A stretch of DNA of 64,000 nucleotides from Ylistrum balloti (lineage: Eukaryota): positions 62,001 to 126,000 of the forward strand of contig NW_026781981.1 of assembly GCF_031769215.1 (NCBI RefSeq), read 5' to 3'. Numbering within the stretch: position 1 is the first letter of the stretch; every line of letters begins with the position of its first letter. Position numbers and translations under genes: made by a program. Shown here in pieces: positions 51,650 through 64,000 of this stretch. The notes beneath the pieces are model-generated. The model searched no databases, was not told the origin of the DNA, and saw nothing but the letters and a program-made list of their open reading frames with translations.

Positions 51650-53689
51650 CTAATCCTTCAGCTGAAGAGCCTTGTATGCCAAGTGTATCCTAGTAGTCAG
51701 GTTTTGTTTGTCCTGTAGGAGCTGGTCCAGGCCAAGACTGCCCGACTCCATCAACATACCTGTGAACAGTGAAAAAAGAGATAATGGTTTAGACTATTCC
51801 ATCAACAAAAATTGCTGACTAGACTATTACATTCACAAAATGTTGATGACTAGAATATTCCATCAACCAAAGTTTGGTAACTTGACTTTAGCAATAAATA
51901 TCACCTAATGTGTGTTTGTCATATTATACAATTCATCTAACAGTGTCAGTATAAGAAAAACATGGCAAATATTTAACTTCACCTTTTTTCACCCATTAAG
52001 AGTGAATTTACTGGTATTATGATCGAACCTGTAATTTTGGAAGCTGTATCTGGATCAGGATAAATGTTTTCCACTGCCTCAAACAACTGATCTCCTATGG
52101 AATCCTCGGAGACTGAGCACTCATCGCTTTCATTATCAGATACCTCCTCGGCTACTTCAGACTCTGTAGCTGACAGTGACAGTAATGCTTGAGATACTGC
52201 CTGTTTCAGGATATTTGAATTTTGTAACATCATTTCAACTTCCACAGATTCTGCTTCTAGTAACATTCCTTAAAGGAGAAATAGGAATATCATAAAACAA
52301 GAGGTTGGGAAAATCTGTATGTACATATCACAGGCAAAAAAATGTATAAAGTGCCTGTATGTATGTATTATCAGCACTATGAGGTGTTAGAACCTGTATG
52401 TATATTATCATTGGTAACAAGAGGCAGGATAAAGAGTCTGTATGTATGTATGATAGGCAACAAGAGGTATAAAGGGCCTGTTTGTATGTATTATTGGTAG
52501 GATGAGGTGTTAAGAACCTGTATGTATATTATCATTGGTAACAAGAGGCATAGATGAAGAATCTGTACGTATGTATGATAGGCAACAAGAGGTATAAAGG
52601 GCCTGTTTGTATGTATAAGAGGCACCAAGAGGTGTGAGGAGCCTGTATGAATGCATTATAATATATGTGCACAAAGAGGTGTTAAAGACCTGTATTATCA
52701 TTGGTACCAAGAGGTATATATAAACAGTCTGTATGTATGTATTAAAGGTAACAAGAGAAGTGAAGAGCCTGTTTATATGTAGTGGTAGGTATTATAGGCA
52801 CCAAAAGGTGTGAAGAGTATGTATTAGAGGCAACCAACCTTACCTGTAATCTGGCAAGACAATGCCGGCTCTATTTCACTGACTTTTTCAAACAATTTAT
52901 CAGCAACAGAAAGAGGAAGAATTTCAGAAGCTGGAAGTGCCTTGACTAATTCATTTCCGTTTATGTAAGACCCACTACAGCAAAAGAAACAAACAATGTA
53001 TAGGACTATAGAATGCTACACTGCATTATTCTCTAAGGTCAGAGATATTCTACCTTACAAGCATGCATTTCCTATTTTTGATTTCTGGTCGTAGCATCCA
53101 TTCTTCATCATAACTTAACTATTCATCTAATTGCAAAGTACTTCATAAATACATGAACAATAATTGCCAATATGTTAATTTATCAATATGCTTACTACCA
53201 GGTTGTTTAAAATTCCTATTGCATTGAAATTTTACTGTACTAAAAAAAAATATGTTATCATTATGTAAAAATCTGCCAAATTATGAAACAAACTATCAAA
53301 CAATTAGCCTGACTATGACTCACTGGTATAATGAAGACAATTAACAATCTTCTTGATTCTTATTTATGTAGAACTGGGACAGCTATCACATTTACATACC
53401 ATTCCTTCAAAGTATTTTCAGCTAAACGGATTCTAGATCCAAGGAAATCTTTGTCCTCCAGCAGACGAAAGGCTTCTTCCTTCCCACATTCCAGTAATAT
53501 TCCTGTAACTTTCTGAGCATGTGATTCATTTCTACAAGACTCGAGAACCTTACTGTACAGATGTTCACCTACAACTTCCCTGAAGTCTAGCAACTGGGGA
53601 TGTTTTCCGTTGTAAGATTTCTTCTGTGACATTTTGGAGATGTACACATTGACGTAGTCTAATTGTAATATTTTACTAATTACCATCAT
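51650..53689 (-). CDS. Protein with three tandem MLLE (PABC)-like domains. Exons 53689-53400, 52974-52844, 52268-52029, 51759-51650 (256 aa)
   Basis: Spliced product has three copies of the MLLE pattern: VVGEHLY..AQKVTGILLE..LLEDKDFL, VADKLF..SCQITGMLLE..MLQNSNIL, IGDQLF..ASKITGMLME..LLQDKQNL (PABPC1 consensus LGERLF..AGKITGMLLE..MLES). Phases are consistent. The donor at 52028 (GTTCGA) is weak and the start codon is uncertain. Confidence 0.85.
52340..52832. repeat. Degenerate intronic tandem repeat (units about 40-45 bp)
   Basis: Recurring CCTGTATGTATATTATCATTGGTAACAAGAGG and AAGAGGTATAAAGGGCCTGTTTGTATGTAT blocks inside an intron of the MLLE gene. Confidence 0.7.
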
Positions 53690-54675
53690 CTGCTGCCATG
53701 ACGTTGATGCTTTAATTGATTATACTAACATTGGGGATGTGGAACCTTGTGATGGTAGGAGGGGAAGCGCCATACATTCATCTACGTCATTTTCTGTTAT
53801 TTTGGCAAGATGTTAGACTCATAACATCAAACATTGCCTTAAATCTTGATGAATCATCACTTTGATTTTCCAAAATCAAGTTTTAGAAATTGATTTTTCC
53901 TCGGGAACTGGACAGTATTTAATTTTTCAACTCTTGCATTTTCTGAAATCAATCTTCTTGAAGTTAATGTTACCTGAAAAGAGAGACAATAAGAATTGAT
54001 AAAGTTCTTCCAAACATTTCAATTTCAACTTTCAATTTTCAACAATGGTATTGTCATGATACATATGACACAAGGATTGGACTTTAAACAGTTAACATAT
54101 ATACATATAATACTTCTGATTAGTCAAGCATATTTTAATCGAACTTCATTCTTATTTCAAGTGTTTTGAACAAAATCATAAAGCTATAACATAGTAAATA
54201 TGGTAGACCAAATATAATTAGCTATGTCACACCATTGACTAAAACTAAAGACTCTCCAATCATAGCCTTCCCTTCTTTGGTAACTACAGACTCTTTTGTC
54301 AAAACTCTGGCTCTAAGTGTTAAATTCATATTCATTAACACAATTCTGGACCTGATGGTTCCATTTCAATCATAGCATTATTCAAACTGGAATCTATGCA
54401 ATACTGATAACCCTTCCCAACCTAAAACTACTGACTTACATTTTTTTCTTGGCGTGAACCATAAACCAAAATCTGTAATATCAATGTGGATTTGGTCTAA
54501 AAAAAATCTTCAACAATTAGCAGTTATCTCCCTTTTGCCGATCAACCACGCAAACTGAGAGTTTTATACAACACATTTTTTCACATCGAAATTATTGAAA
54601 TTCTGAATACTGATGTTTAACGTGATATCTACAAATGTACATATGGCATCTTGGTGCATTGAAACACTTATTTAC

Positions 54676-54760
54676 CTGAGCTATTTACTTTCCGTAAATT
54701 TTAGTGATCAACCTGTCGTATTTCCTTTTTAGAATTTCATCTGTTTCCGGCGAAGAATAT
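54676..54760 (-). other. Putative non-coding 5' exon of the triple-MLLE gene
   Basis: Minus-strand donor CAG|GTAAAT at 54675 pairs with the acceptor tctctcttttcag ending at 53974. An ETS-like CCGGAA lies near 54745. The upstream boundary is approximate. Confidence 0.4.
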
Positions 54761-54946
54761 TATTCATCCGCTACCCAAAAGAGTTCTGTATTGTAGCTAT
54801 AATAGTAATTGATTTCCTCCATAATATGTCACATGCATTATCACTAATTTGATGAATACTATCCGTTTAATAAAAATAATATTAAAATGTCAAAAATACG
54901 TGTGTTAGTCTTCGATCAAATCATTGCCACGAACTACTTTAATATC

Positions 54947-54971
54947 CTCTTTCTCGCTGTAACTTCCTGAG
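54947..54971 (+). promoter_or_regulatory. Putative TCT/5'TOP initiator and short non-coding exon 1 of RPL28
   Basis: CTCTTTCT at 54947-54954 fits the YYCTTTYY TCT motif typical of ribosomal protein genes. It is followed by the donor GAG|GTGACC at 54972; the matching acceptor tttgcag ends at 56341, just before the ATG exon. Confidence 0.55.
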
Positions 54972-56356
54972 GTGACCATGCTTTCTTTGCTTCTTCATTC
55001 CATACTTCAAATACCCTGACCAAACGGTTTTCAAATTGATATATGTATTAAAAATAAACATTAATATGACATGGTTATTGTTAATGTTTATATGCAGTCA
55101 CTTTGAAACTACTTTCCATGTGTTTTAACACGCTTGCGTTGTCCCCCTTCCTTCGAAACAGACACGTTTTGGAACGTGTGATAAATAACATACGAGACTC
55201 TGCACAATTACAACAGGCACTTTAATGTAATTGTTGATAATTATGATGTGTCGAATCTTAAACTAAGAAAAATATATATGTTAGGCACAAACCGATCACC
55301 ATAGCCTATATTTCCGCCAACTGTGAACTGTCTTCATACGTTGATCAAAGCCGCCCCCCCCCCAAAACCTCAAATGCAATGCAGAGGGAAGTGATTCATG
55401 CGTAATTCATTTGATATAAGCTGTATATTGTGTCGAAGTTATAATTTTTACGATTTAGCTCCGCCCAGACCCTCGAAATCGATGCTGACTTTCACGGCTT
55501 TATTTTAACATGACCAAGTCTCCATCCAAAATAATCCAGAATGTTGCTTATAGTTAGAGAAACTGACCAGTTATAGATTGATCTTACAACTTCAAATTTC
55601 GGACTATCGAAGTTGTTTGACCTCAGTTTATCAGATGTTGACATTACAATGAATGAAGTAAGCTAAAATAAATGCCAGGCATAGGAATATGGCTTAAAAC
55701 CTCGAAGATATTGCAGCAAATTTTATGTACCCTCACCAACCTTATATTTTAAGATCAATTATACATAGTTTCTACATTATATCACAAGTTTTGTTGCAAA
55801 GGGAGGTAATCTGAATCCCTTCTGTTGGTAAAAGAAAATGAAGAGTACCAGGTATTTTACAAATGAACAATTATTGGTCTCTTTGTGTTATATTCATGCT
55901 AACATTATTAAGTGGCAGTGGTTGCCTCAAAATGTTGATCCAAGTCCATTGTATCATATAAGGTTTAAAGTTTTTAATTTTTTTCTTGGCTACATGCATG
56001 TTTTCGATGACAAACCCCTGTATAGATATTTGTTGATATTTGCACTATAGATTCACATCATGAAATTTTACACCAGATTAGATTTTGTGGTAATCTGTCA
56101 ATGGAGAATTCACCCTAAAATGCTCTGGGGCAACAACAATGCTTTGTGGAGCAATGCAAAATATTTTGTTCTAATCCTTATAGAAATGGGCACAGATATA
56201 TCAAGAAATGTAGTTCTGATATAACAACTTGCTAAATGTCTGGATTGTGTTTGGTAGTTATTTCTCAGTGCATCTGCAACTAAAGTACCATGTATACATG
56301 CTCTTTGTATAATCTACTGTATTGATATTTTGTTTTTGCAGACTTAAGAAGTCACC

Positions 56357-58736
56357 ATGTCAGCCGATGTACAATGGGCCATCATCAGGAACAACTCAAG
56401 TTTCCTGTTGAAGGGAAACAAGAGAACCTTTAGCATGGTTAGATTCAACTTTTCATAATTCAATAACATTGATAATGTATCACCATGACATGAAGTTTTG
56501 GTTACATGAACAACATTTTGATTTTGCTGGCTTTGGCAGAGTTGATGCACATTGTTAGTGTTCATAATGTACATGGATATATTGTCCTGCAATCTTCCTC
56601 TGTTTCAACAAATTTCTTTCAAACTTGGTAGGTTTTATAGCTATGACATGAATTTGTGTTTTGGCAATTAGATTCAACAATTTTTTTCAAGGAGTTCCTT
56701 CCCTTTGAATTTTTTTTACTTTGAGCCAAGATCTCCTTCCTCAGTTTTTCTCCAATGGATTTTAAGTTGTTTCCTTTGTCTAGATGTCACGTGTTAATGA
56801 TATCATATTGCATTTCAGGAGCCCAACAATTTGAAGGCTATCAACTCATTCCGCTACAATGGTCTGGTTCGGCAAAAGACCATTGGTGTAGAGCCAGCCA
56901 AGGATGGCAAGGGTGTGGTCTTGGTCACACGAAACTCCTCTGGTAGGTATATCAATCAGAGGTATATCATCAACTTGAAAAGTTTTCAAATTTTCAAATT
57001 GACTGTATTTGGAAGATTACTGCCCTTTGTTGCTTATTTTGAAATCTTGTCTCAGTTTTCAAACGATTCCTCTCAAACTTGGTAGTCTGAAGTCACTATG
57101 ATATGAATTGGTGTTTTCCTACACAGCAGATTGATTCAGCAATGTTTGAACGAGTAATTACCCTTTGCTGTTTCAGCATTTTAATTTTGTGCTTAGATCT
57201 CCTTTCTCATTTTTCACCAATTTCAATGAAACTTGGTAGATTTTATAACCTTTATATGCCATACTGGCATTGTGATTTTACAATTCAAGAAAGAGTCATT
57301 ACCAATTTGTTTCTGTTTTAGTTTTTTTACTTCATTATTTTTCTCTAATCCAGATACCTCCTCCCTCAGTTTTCAACCAATTTCCACAACAGGAGAACAT
57401 GAGATTGTGTTATAGGAAAGCATTATGATTAAAAAAATATTTTCCAAAAGTTGATGCCCCTTGTCATTTCCAGCCTTGTAATTCCACCCATCTCTTCAAA
57501 ACCTTTTTGGTTTGTTTTGACTAATTATTAAAAACCTGTTTTGTCATTTTTACCGTTTCCATATTTGTAATTGTTTTGAAACAACAAATCCTGAATAATT
57601 CCTTGGCATGGGACGGGCATGTATTGTTCTGCCCTGTGTTCTACCTGAGTTTACATAATTTTACACCTCATTGTTTATGTGATTCACTGGTCAATTGCAG
57701 ACAAAGTTAACAACAGAGTGTAATCACTGTAAGGTCTTAAGTCATCAGACATGGCATTTTATTCACATATGTACTTGTCAGTCTGAACATAATTCATAAT
57801 ATACAGACTAGAACTTTAGTTTAGTTTAAGTTTTTTGTCTGTATATCAGTTCATATAAAAAGTTTGTAGAACCTGTGAATCAGTTCAATGAATGTGCACA
57901 CTATAGGGGGAATAGTCCAGGGTCAAAAGTTACACTTAACCAATTTGGAAGAAAAAAAAGATAAACTGTAGGCCTATCCTTAGTACAGTAATATAACATT
58001 TTTATTCAATTTACGTTGTCAAGGTTGTAGGGTCAACTATTTGAATTTTCAATGAATACTCCAAAAGAAACTTAGAAAGCTGAAATAGTTCCTGTTAGAC
58101 ACCATTTTGGTACTGACCTAATGTTATTTATGGCATTGTTAGACAAGACTACTGACTTGGAAACCAGGTTCTGACAATGTAGTTGTCAGTACGTGTGTGT
58201 AGTTTAATTGGTTAATGTAGAAACATGTAGTCAATACAAATTAATCTATTTTATTGCAGGATGGAGGAAGCCCAATAAGAACTACACGAAGATGGAACTG
58301 AAGAGAGATCCCAGGCGTGTACTGGGCACCATCAGGAAGACTGTTAGAAACAACAGATACAGGAAGGACCTGAAGATGGTGAGTCAGGATTTCTTTTTGT
58401 CAAAATTCCTGTTTTTGGACAGTGATGATTTAGGACATATTCCAAGTCTTGAACTTAGTTGTTTGTTATTGAGTTTTTCCCTGTGGCATTTTATCATACA
58501 TTCCCTAGATATGTTACAAAATATATTGCCATACAATTTGACTATCTCTGTACAAGTTAACAGACTGTCCAATGAAATAATGTGTGTACTATACAGATAT
58601 ACAACACTACTTTCTCGAGTTATACTTGGTTCTCAGTAACAGTTTAATATTGCAGGCTGCTATCCGACGTGCCAGTGCCCTCCTGAAGAGCCAGAAGCCA
58701 GTGGTCGTCAAGGCAACAAGAAAATCCAAGAGTTAG
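56357..58736 (+). CDS. RPL28: 60S ribosomal protein L28 (eL28). Exons 56357-56437, 56819-56942, 58260-58378, 58656-58736 (134 aa)
   Basis: [74 protein letters not shown]; canonical GT-AG introns in phase; AATAAA at 58754-58759. Confidence 0.98.
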
Positions 58737-61517
58737 AAATGTACATAGCGGCTAATAAACGTGGAAAAGAAATTTCATGCTTTGTGTGGTTTATCAGTAT
58801 TGTGTTCATTAGCATTCTTTGTAGCTCGCATTTTGCAGCAACAAAACAAATTCGTGTTGAAATGGGTTATTAGCTTTGGATGTTTTTAGTATAATCGTTA
58901 CAGTTGCAAGTGGTAGACACTGTTGGTGGACATTTTGTCCCCAAGGCTTCCTGTAACAAGTGTTTAATGTATTTAAATAGTCATATTTAAGATTTTACAC
59001 ATGTACTAGACTTTTTTTTTTTAAATTGAAGATACTATACATTAAAATCGTGAAATTTATCTAATTAGAGGGCCTCCCAATCTTTTGATCAGTTTTGCTT
59101 TCCTCATTTACCTCCTAGGTTGAAAATTTAAGCCTGTAGTATCACTGAGGAGTCCTGAAGACACAACAGCTGTATGAGGCAGTTAAATTCATTGTTAGGC
59201 TCTACTGTATCTAACTCTGAAACTGGATTGAAAAGTGCTATTCATTTGTGTGTCCTTTGCACAATCTTCAGAATGTATAACTTCATCACTGATATATGGA
59301 AATATTTTTTTGCTGTTGTACAAAAAAGTAGATACTGATAATGCCATACTTGGATATTGTTTTATGACCAGATAATAACACCAATAAATCCTACTTCTTT
59401 CCAGTAGGAAATTCACTAATTTTTTAATCTGATTTCAAGTCTGACCTGTGAAGTCTCCGATATGAATGCTAGATACATTCCACAGCTTTCTGACAAGATT
59501 TTAGAGTTTAGGATTGGCTCAAGTTTTGAATTGGATATAAATTAAAATCAATATGCTTCAGACCAATATAATTATGACCTTAAGAGAGAGATACAGCTAA
59601 TGTCATAATTCGTATCAAATATATTGGATGTCTTGTTCTGGGTATGAATACAGAAATTAGGCAACTAGTATTGGAACATGCCAATAAGTGAGACAAATTG
59701 ATACATTTACTTGATATTTTCATTTCAACATTGCTAAATGTTACACAAAATACAGTTTTAAAGGAATTCAAATTACAAAAGATCCATAAAACTTGATTGG
59801 GCAATAAAACCACAGTCAAACTGGTGATATCAGATCTAAATCGTAACTTGACCGTAGCTGTGATGCATTACCTTATGTCCTAAGTTTTCCTTACCTTACC
59901 AGTATATCTGACTTAATACAATCAGTCAGAACTGATATTACTAGGGATTCTGACCATCCTATACTTTTTGATAGCACAGTATCTCCCTTTGTATCCTACA
60001 GTGATGAACCCACAAACAAACAAACAAGAATTTATTGTACATAAATATAATTTAATCATGACTGCTTAGTAATCATGTATGCAAGGGTTTATAAAAAAAC
60101 AAGCGACCCTCTTAAAGGGCTGACAATATCACAATTAATAGGATACCTACGCCCTACTAACATGGTATACATGATAGCTACAACTGATGTCTGGGATTAT
60201 TACACAATCCATACATTTACACACCGATCAGAAACAAAGTGTTCCACTATATGAAATTACTATTGATGCTCATTAATGAGTAGTATGTCCAATATTTATT
60301 GCTAATGACCCTATCATAACTGCATTATATTTAACCAGACAGTGCGATACATCTAGTTTTTCCGTATTAACTGCTGGTATACATATCTTGGTGTGATGAA
60401 ATTTTAGTACATCAAGTTTTAACAGATTAAATATGTTGATAAAATTGGTGCATCTACAAAATTTATTATAGAAAATTGTAGCCAAAAATACGATGAGTGC
60501 AATTATAAATTAAGATTACCACGTATTGATATATATTATAAGTACAATTACTGTATGTTAAAAATTTGGATGAATGGACCTCTTGTACATATCTTAAAAT
60601 CAATTTTACCTTTGTAAACATAGTTGTAAAAATTGTCTTTCCCAAGCATTTACAAAAAACCTGTAAATATTGGTACAACAGCACAGGAATAACACATTTA
60701 CCTTTGTATATATAATAAATGGGTACATTTTTCTGTACGGACACATTTCTCATTAACATCACAATTAAGTACTGATGAATTTAGAAGTAATGAACCTACT
60801 TCTAGAATATGTTAGTATGAAATCATTTAATAAGAATTAATTTTCTCATTAGTTATGTATAAATGAATTCACTAACATGATGAAAACAGATCTATCTGAC
60901 TTCATACCCATATTATAAAGTATGCACGATTTCTTTCCAAATACTATTCAATGACTTCCAATGAAATATTGCTGTTACACACAACATCAACAAACCTATC
61001 TATAATATCAAAATACAATCAATACCACGATCAGAAGTTATCTTTCCTAGACAGTATAATGGCAAGACACCTGTACATACTTGTGACCTTATTAATTACT
61101 AGGATATTTATACTCTGTTGATTGTTATAATCAAACCTTACTGAATTTGTCAGTATGAAGTTATTCAAATGTCTTGTTTGCATAATTAAAAATTAACACA
61201 AACCTCTCAAAAAACTTTCATAATATTAGTTTTACGATTAAAAAAAACGAGATTTTCATAACACACATTATCAAAGGAATTTTAAATGTAAATTTTTCTT
61301 GCAATATATAAAATTAAAGAAAATAAAAAGGTTATACATGTATAACTATTGGAATTCAGATATACCATAAAACTAAGACATTCCAGTACTAAATGTTCAC
61401 TTATGTATATAGTCAAATGAACTGTATGTAAAACAGAATATTTGTGAAATACAGTAGACAACGATCAACTAATCCCTGCAAATTTTTAGCACTGGGATGT
61501 GATTCTAGTTCTACTCA

Positions 61518-61867
61518 GGACGGTTACAACACTCTAAAAGGAGGGGAGAGTCGGGGACGGTTACAACACTCTAAAAGGAGGGGAGAGTCGAGGATGGTTA
61601 CAACACTCTAAAAGGAGGGGAGAGTCGAGGACGGTTACAATACTCTAAAAGGAGGGGAGAGTCGAGGACGGTTACCACACTCTAAAAGGAGGGGAGAGTC
61701 AAGGACGGTCACAACACTCTAAAAGGAGGGGAGAGTTGAGGACGGTCACAACACTCTAAAAGGAGGGGAGAGTCAAGGACGGTCACAATACTTTAAAAGG
61801 AGGGGAGAGTCGAGGACAGTCACAACACTCTAAAAGGAGGGGAGAGTCGAGGACGGTTACAACACTC
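61518..61867. repeat. Minisatellite, 37-bp unit, about 9.5 copies
   Basis: GGACGGTTACAACACTCTAAAAGGAGGGGAGAGTCGA. Confidence 0.95.
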
Positions 61868-64000
61868 AAAACAAGTGGTGGGACGGATATAAAGTACAAA
61901 ATTGTATAAGTAAATCACAGTTCTAATTATTTGATCATGTTTGCTATAGGACGAAAAAAATAAATTGGTACGTAAAGAAGATACATACAACATACAGTAC
62001 AAGTAAAACCAATAAAAATTATATCACAGTTTTTTTTAAATTTCTCCATGTGCAATTATCAATAAATATTGTACACTTTGTATAATGTAAGAGATATGAT
62101 CTCCATATGATTTGATTTATATACGAATAAAACTTGGGGTCTCTGTTGATGTTTATCATGTGCTAGAATGGGAAGCAGTTGTTACACACGACCTCAAAGT
62201 AATATAACAAAAATATACTAACTGAATTTTAGTTTATAAATTCTACAACCATGTGCTGCGGTTATAATAACAGTGCTGTTCAGTTATAGATTGATCACCT
62301 GATCATAGTTAAAATGTTAATTAGTTCAATATTAAATAACTTAAACCCTTTGATTTAATGTTATGAAAAACTTCACAAAAATACATAAATATGTATGTAA
62401 ATATTAACACAGGACTTCAGTACTTGATGTACATATCACATGTATTTATATATATTTAATATGTTATACACACGATTATTGCTATTTCTATGTACATTTT
62501 GATATAAACATGTTATATAATTCGTATACATGATTTACATGTTTAAATATACAAAAGATTAATATGTTATTTACATGCACCATCTAATGTTCATCTCTTC
62601 AACACGACTTCATACACAGATCTACTATTGAGGTATTCTGAGAACGTACCTACATGTACCCAAGTTAAAAAGTATCACAATAAAATTTACTTCACAACAA
62701 TAGAAACTATAAAGAAACAATAAATATAATGTATCACACTTCTTATTAGTAAAAATCAAAAAGTAAATGTTGGACTTCTATATAGAAAGTGGTTTGCAAG
62801 GAGATCGCTACTTTGATAGGACAAATAAATAGTATATTCTTTCAAATGTTCATGACTTTTCCAGCTGTTAATAATCTTTCCAAACGACAAATAATGTTCC
62901 AATGTACAAATTAAGCAAAAGTAGGTCAGTTATAAGAACAGAGGTACAAAAAACTGTTTAAATTAATAAATAAAAATTCAACTTTTCAGATTCTAAGGTT
63001 AGTAATGACATAAATATATCAAGGATGGGTCTCATGGACATATGTATGTAAAGTGGATTCGAATGAAAGGAACACAAATATGCCTTTCCACTCCATAATG
63101 ATGTTAATATTGAAATGAAATCAGTTCTTCTGATTTAGACTCATGCAAGGTACTGGCTCTAATAGTTGTATTTATAAATAATAATCTACTTATATACTAT
63201 AGATATTCTCACATGTACACATATTAGTAGAAGGTCAATCACATTACAAGTTGAATACAGTAGGCATTTGTTTAGAACAGTATTTTTTTCTTTATTTCAC
63301 AAATAAATATTTTGTTGATAAGTTAACTGAAAGAAGACAATAAAAAGAGACCTTGAGTCTCTTTTACAAATTCTCTTGTCTCTGTGTAGACTTATACTGA
63401 CCACCATAATTAGTATTACAATCTTATGTGTTAATGAAACAGAGAGTCAGACGAAGCCAAGTTACTATCCAATCTGATATGTTGTGCTCAATATTAATTT
63501 TACTTTCAGTATAATGTGTCACTCAAGTTTGTGCTTTGTAATGATTTTCCTGCAACAAGAGCAGCAACATAGAGACCCTGATACAGAATTCAATGGAATT
63601 TTTTCTCTGAAATCTTAATGTAATGCAGAGTTATCTGCTCTTGTGGGCAGATATTGATCATTACACCATTAGTTTTTGTCAGAAAATTCGACTCTCACAA
63701 ACAAATGGGGTGACAAGGAAAACCTGCTCACAAGAGCAGATAACTCTGTAATAAGAAAAGAGGGATTTGAAACTTAACAGAAATTATCACCAGGTACGAC
63801 AAATTTAGATGTTATGCTTGATACATACTATACAATCATGTATACCTCTCCTATTCATTTTTAAATGAGTATAGTTCCATATGTGCATGTGCACTCAATC
63901 TATTCTCATCTCATCTAATCAAATTTAATTATTCATTGGATATAAAAACTATTATGTAAGTTTAACGGGGCCATATCTTGTCCGATATCATTCACATACA

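Noticed and set aside
58090-58230. Second snoRNA-like structure in the RPL28 intron (AGACAA box, hairpins)
   Set aside because: The 5' hairpin pairs poorly, the 3' part folds as a multibranch, and no ACA lies at the expected distance.
59000-64000. Possible gene or long 3' UTR on the minus strand
   Set aside because: AT-rich, with only short ORFs and no recognisable exon; a minus-strand AATAAA near 60031 is insufficient evidence.

Overview
AT-rich animal genomic DNA, probably a bivalve or other lophotrochozoan (inferred from gene content, CR1-type LINEs, a tRNA-derived SINE and dense minisatellites; not verified). It is not prokaryotic: there is no CRISPR array, rRNA or tRNA gene. Five intron-containing genes were reconstructed by hand from splice sites and reading phase: a 12-exon radial spoke head protein RSPH4/6 gene (+, 17552-35265), a double HotDog thioesterase-like gene (+, 36451-41850), an SPSB/gustavus-type SPRY protein with no visible SOCS box (+, 45815-48294), a protein made of three tandem MLLE/PABC-like domains (-, 51650-53689) and RPL28 (+, 56357-58736). 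The last two are head-to-head. The rest is about 11 minisatellite arrays, a foldback element, MITE-like pieces, a Gypsy integrase relic, three CR1-like LINE relics, a SINE and a 631-N gap. Almost all long ORFs in the supplied track are translations of repeats. The two strongest leads are the RRM-less triple-MLLE gene sharing a promoter region with RPL28, and two RSPH4/6 intronic minisatellites whose units copy the adjacent micro-exon end plus its 5' splice site.
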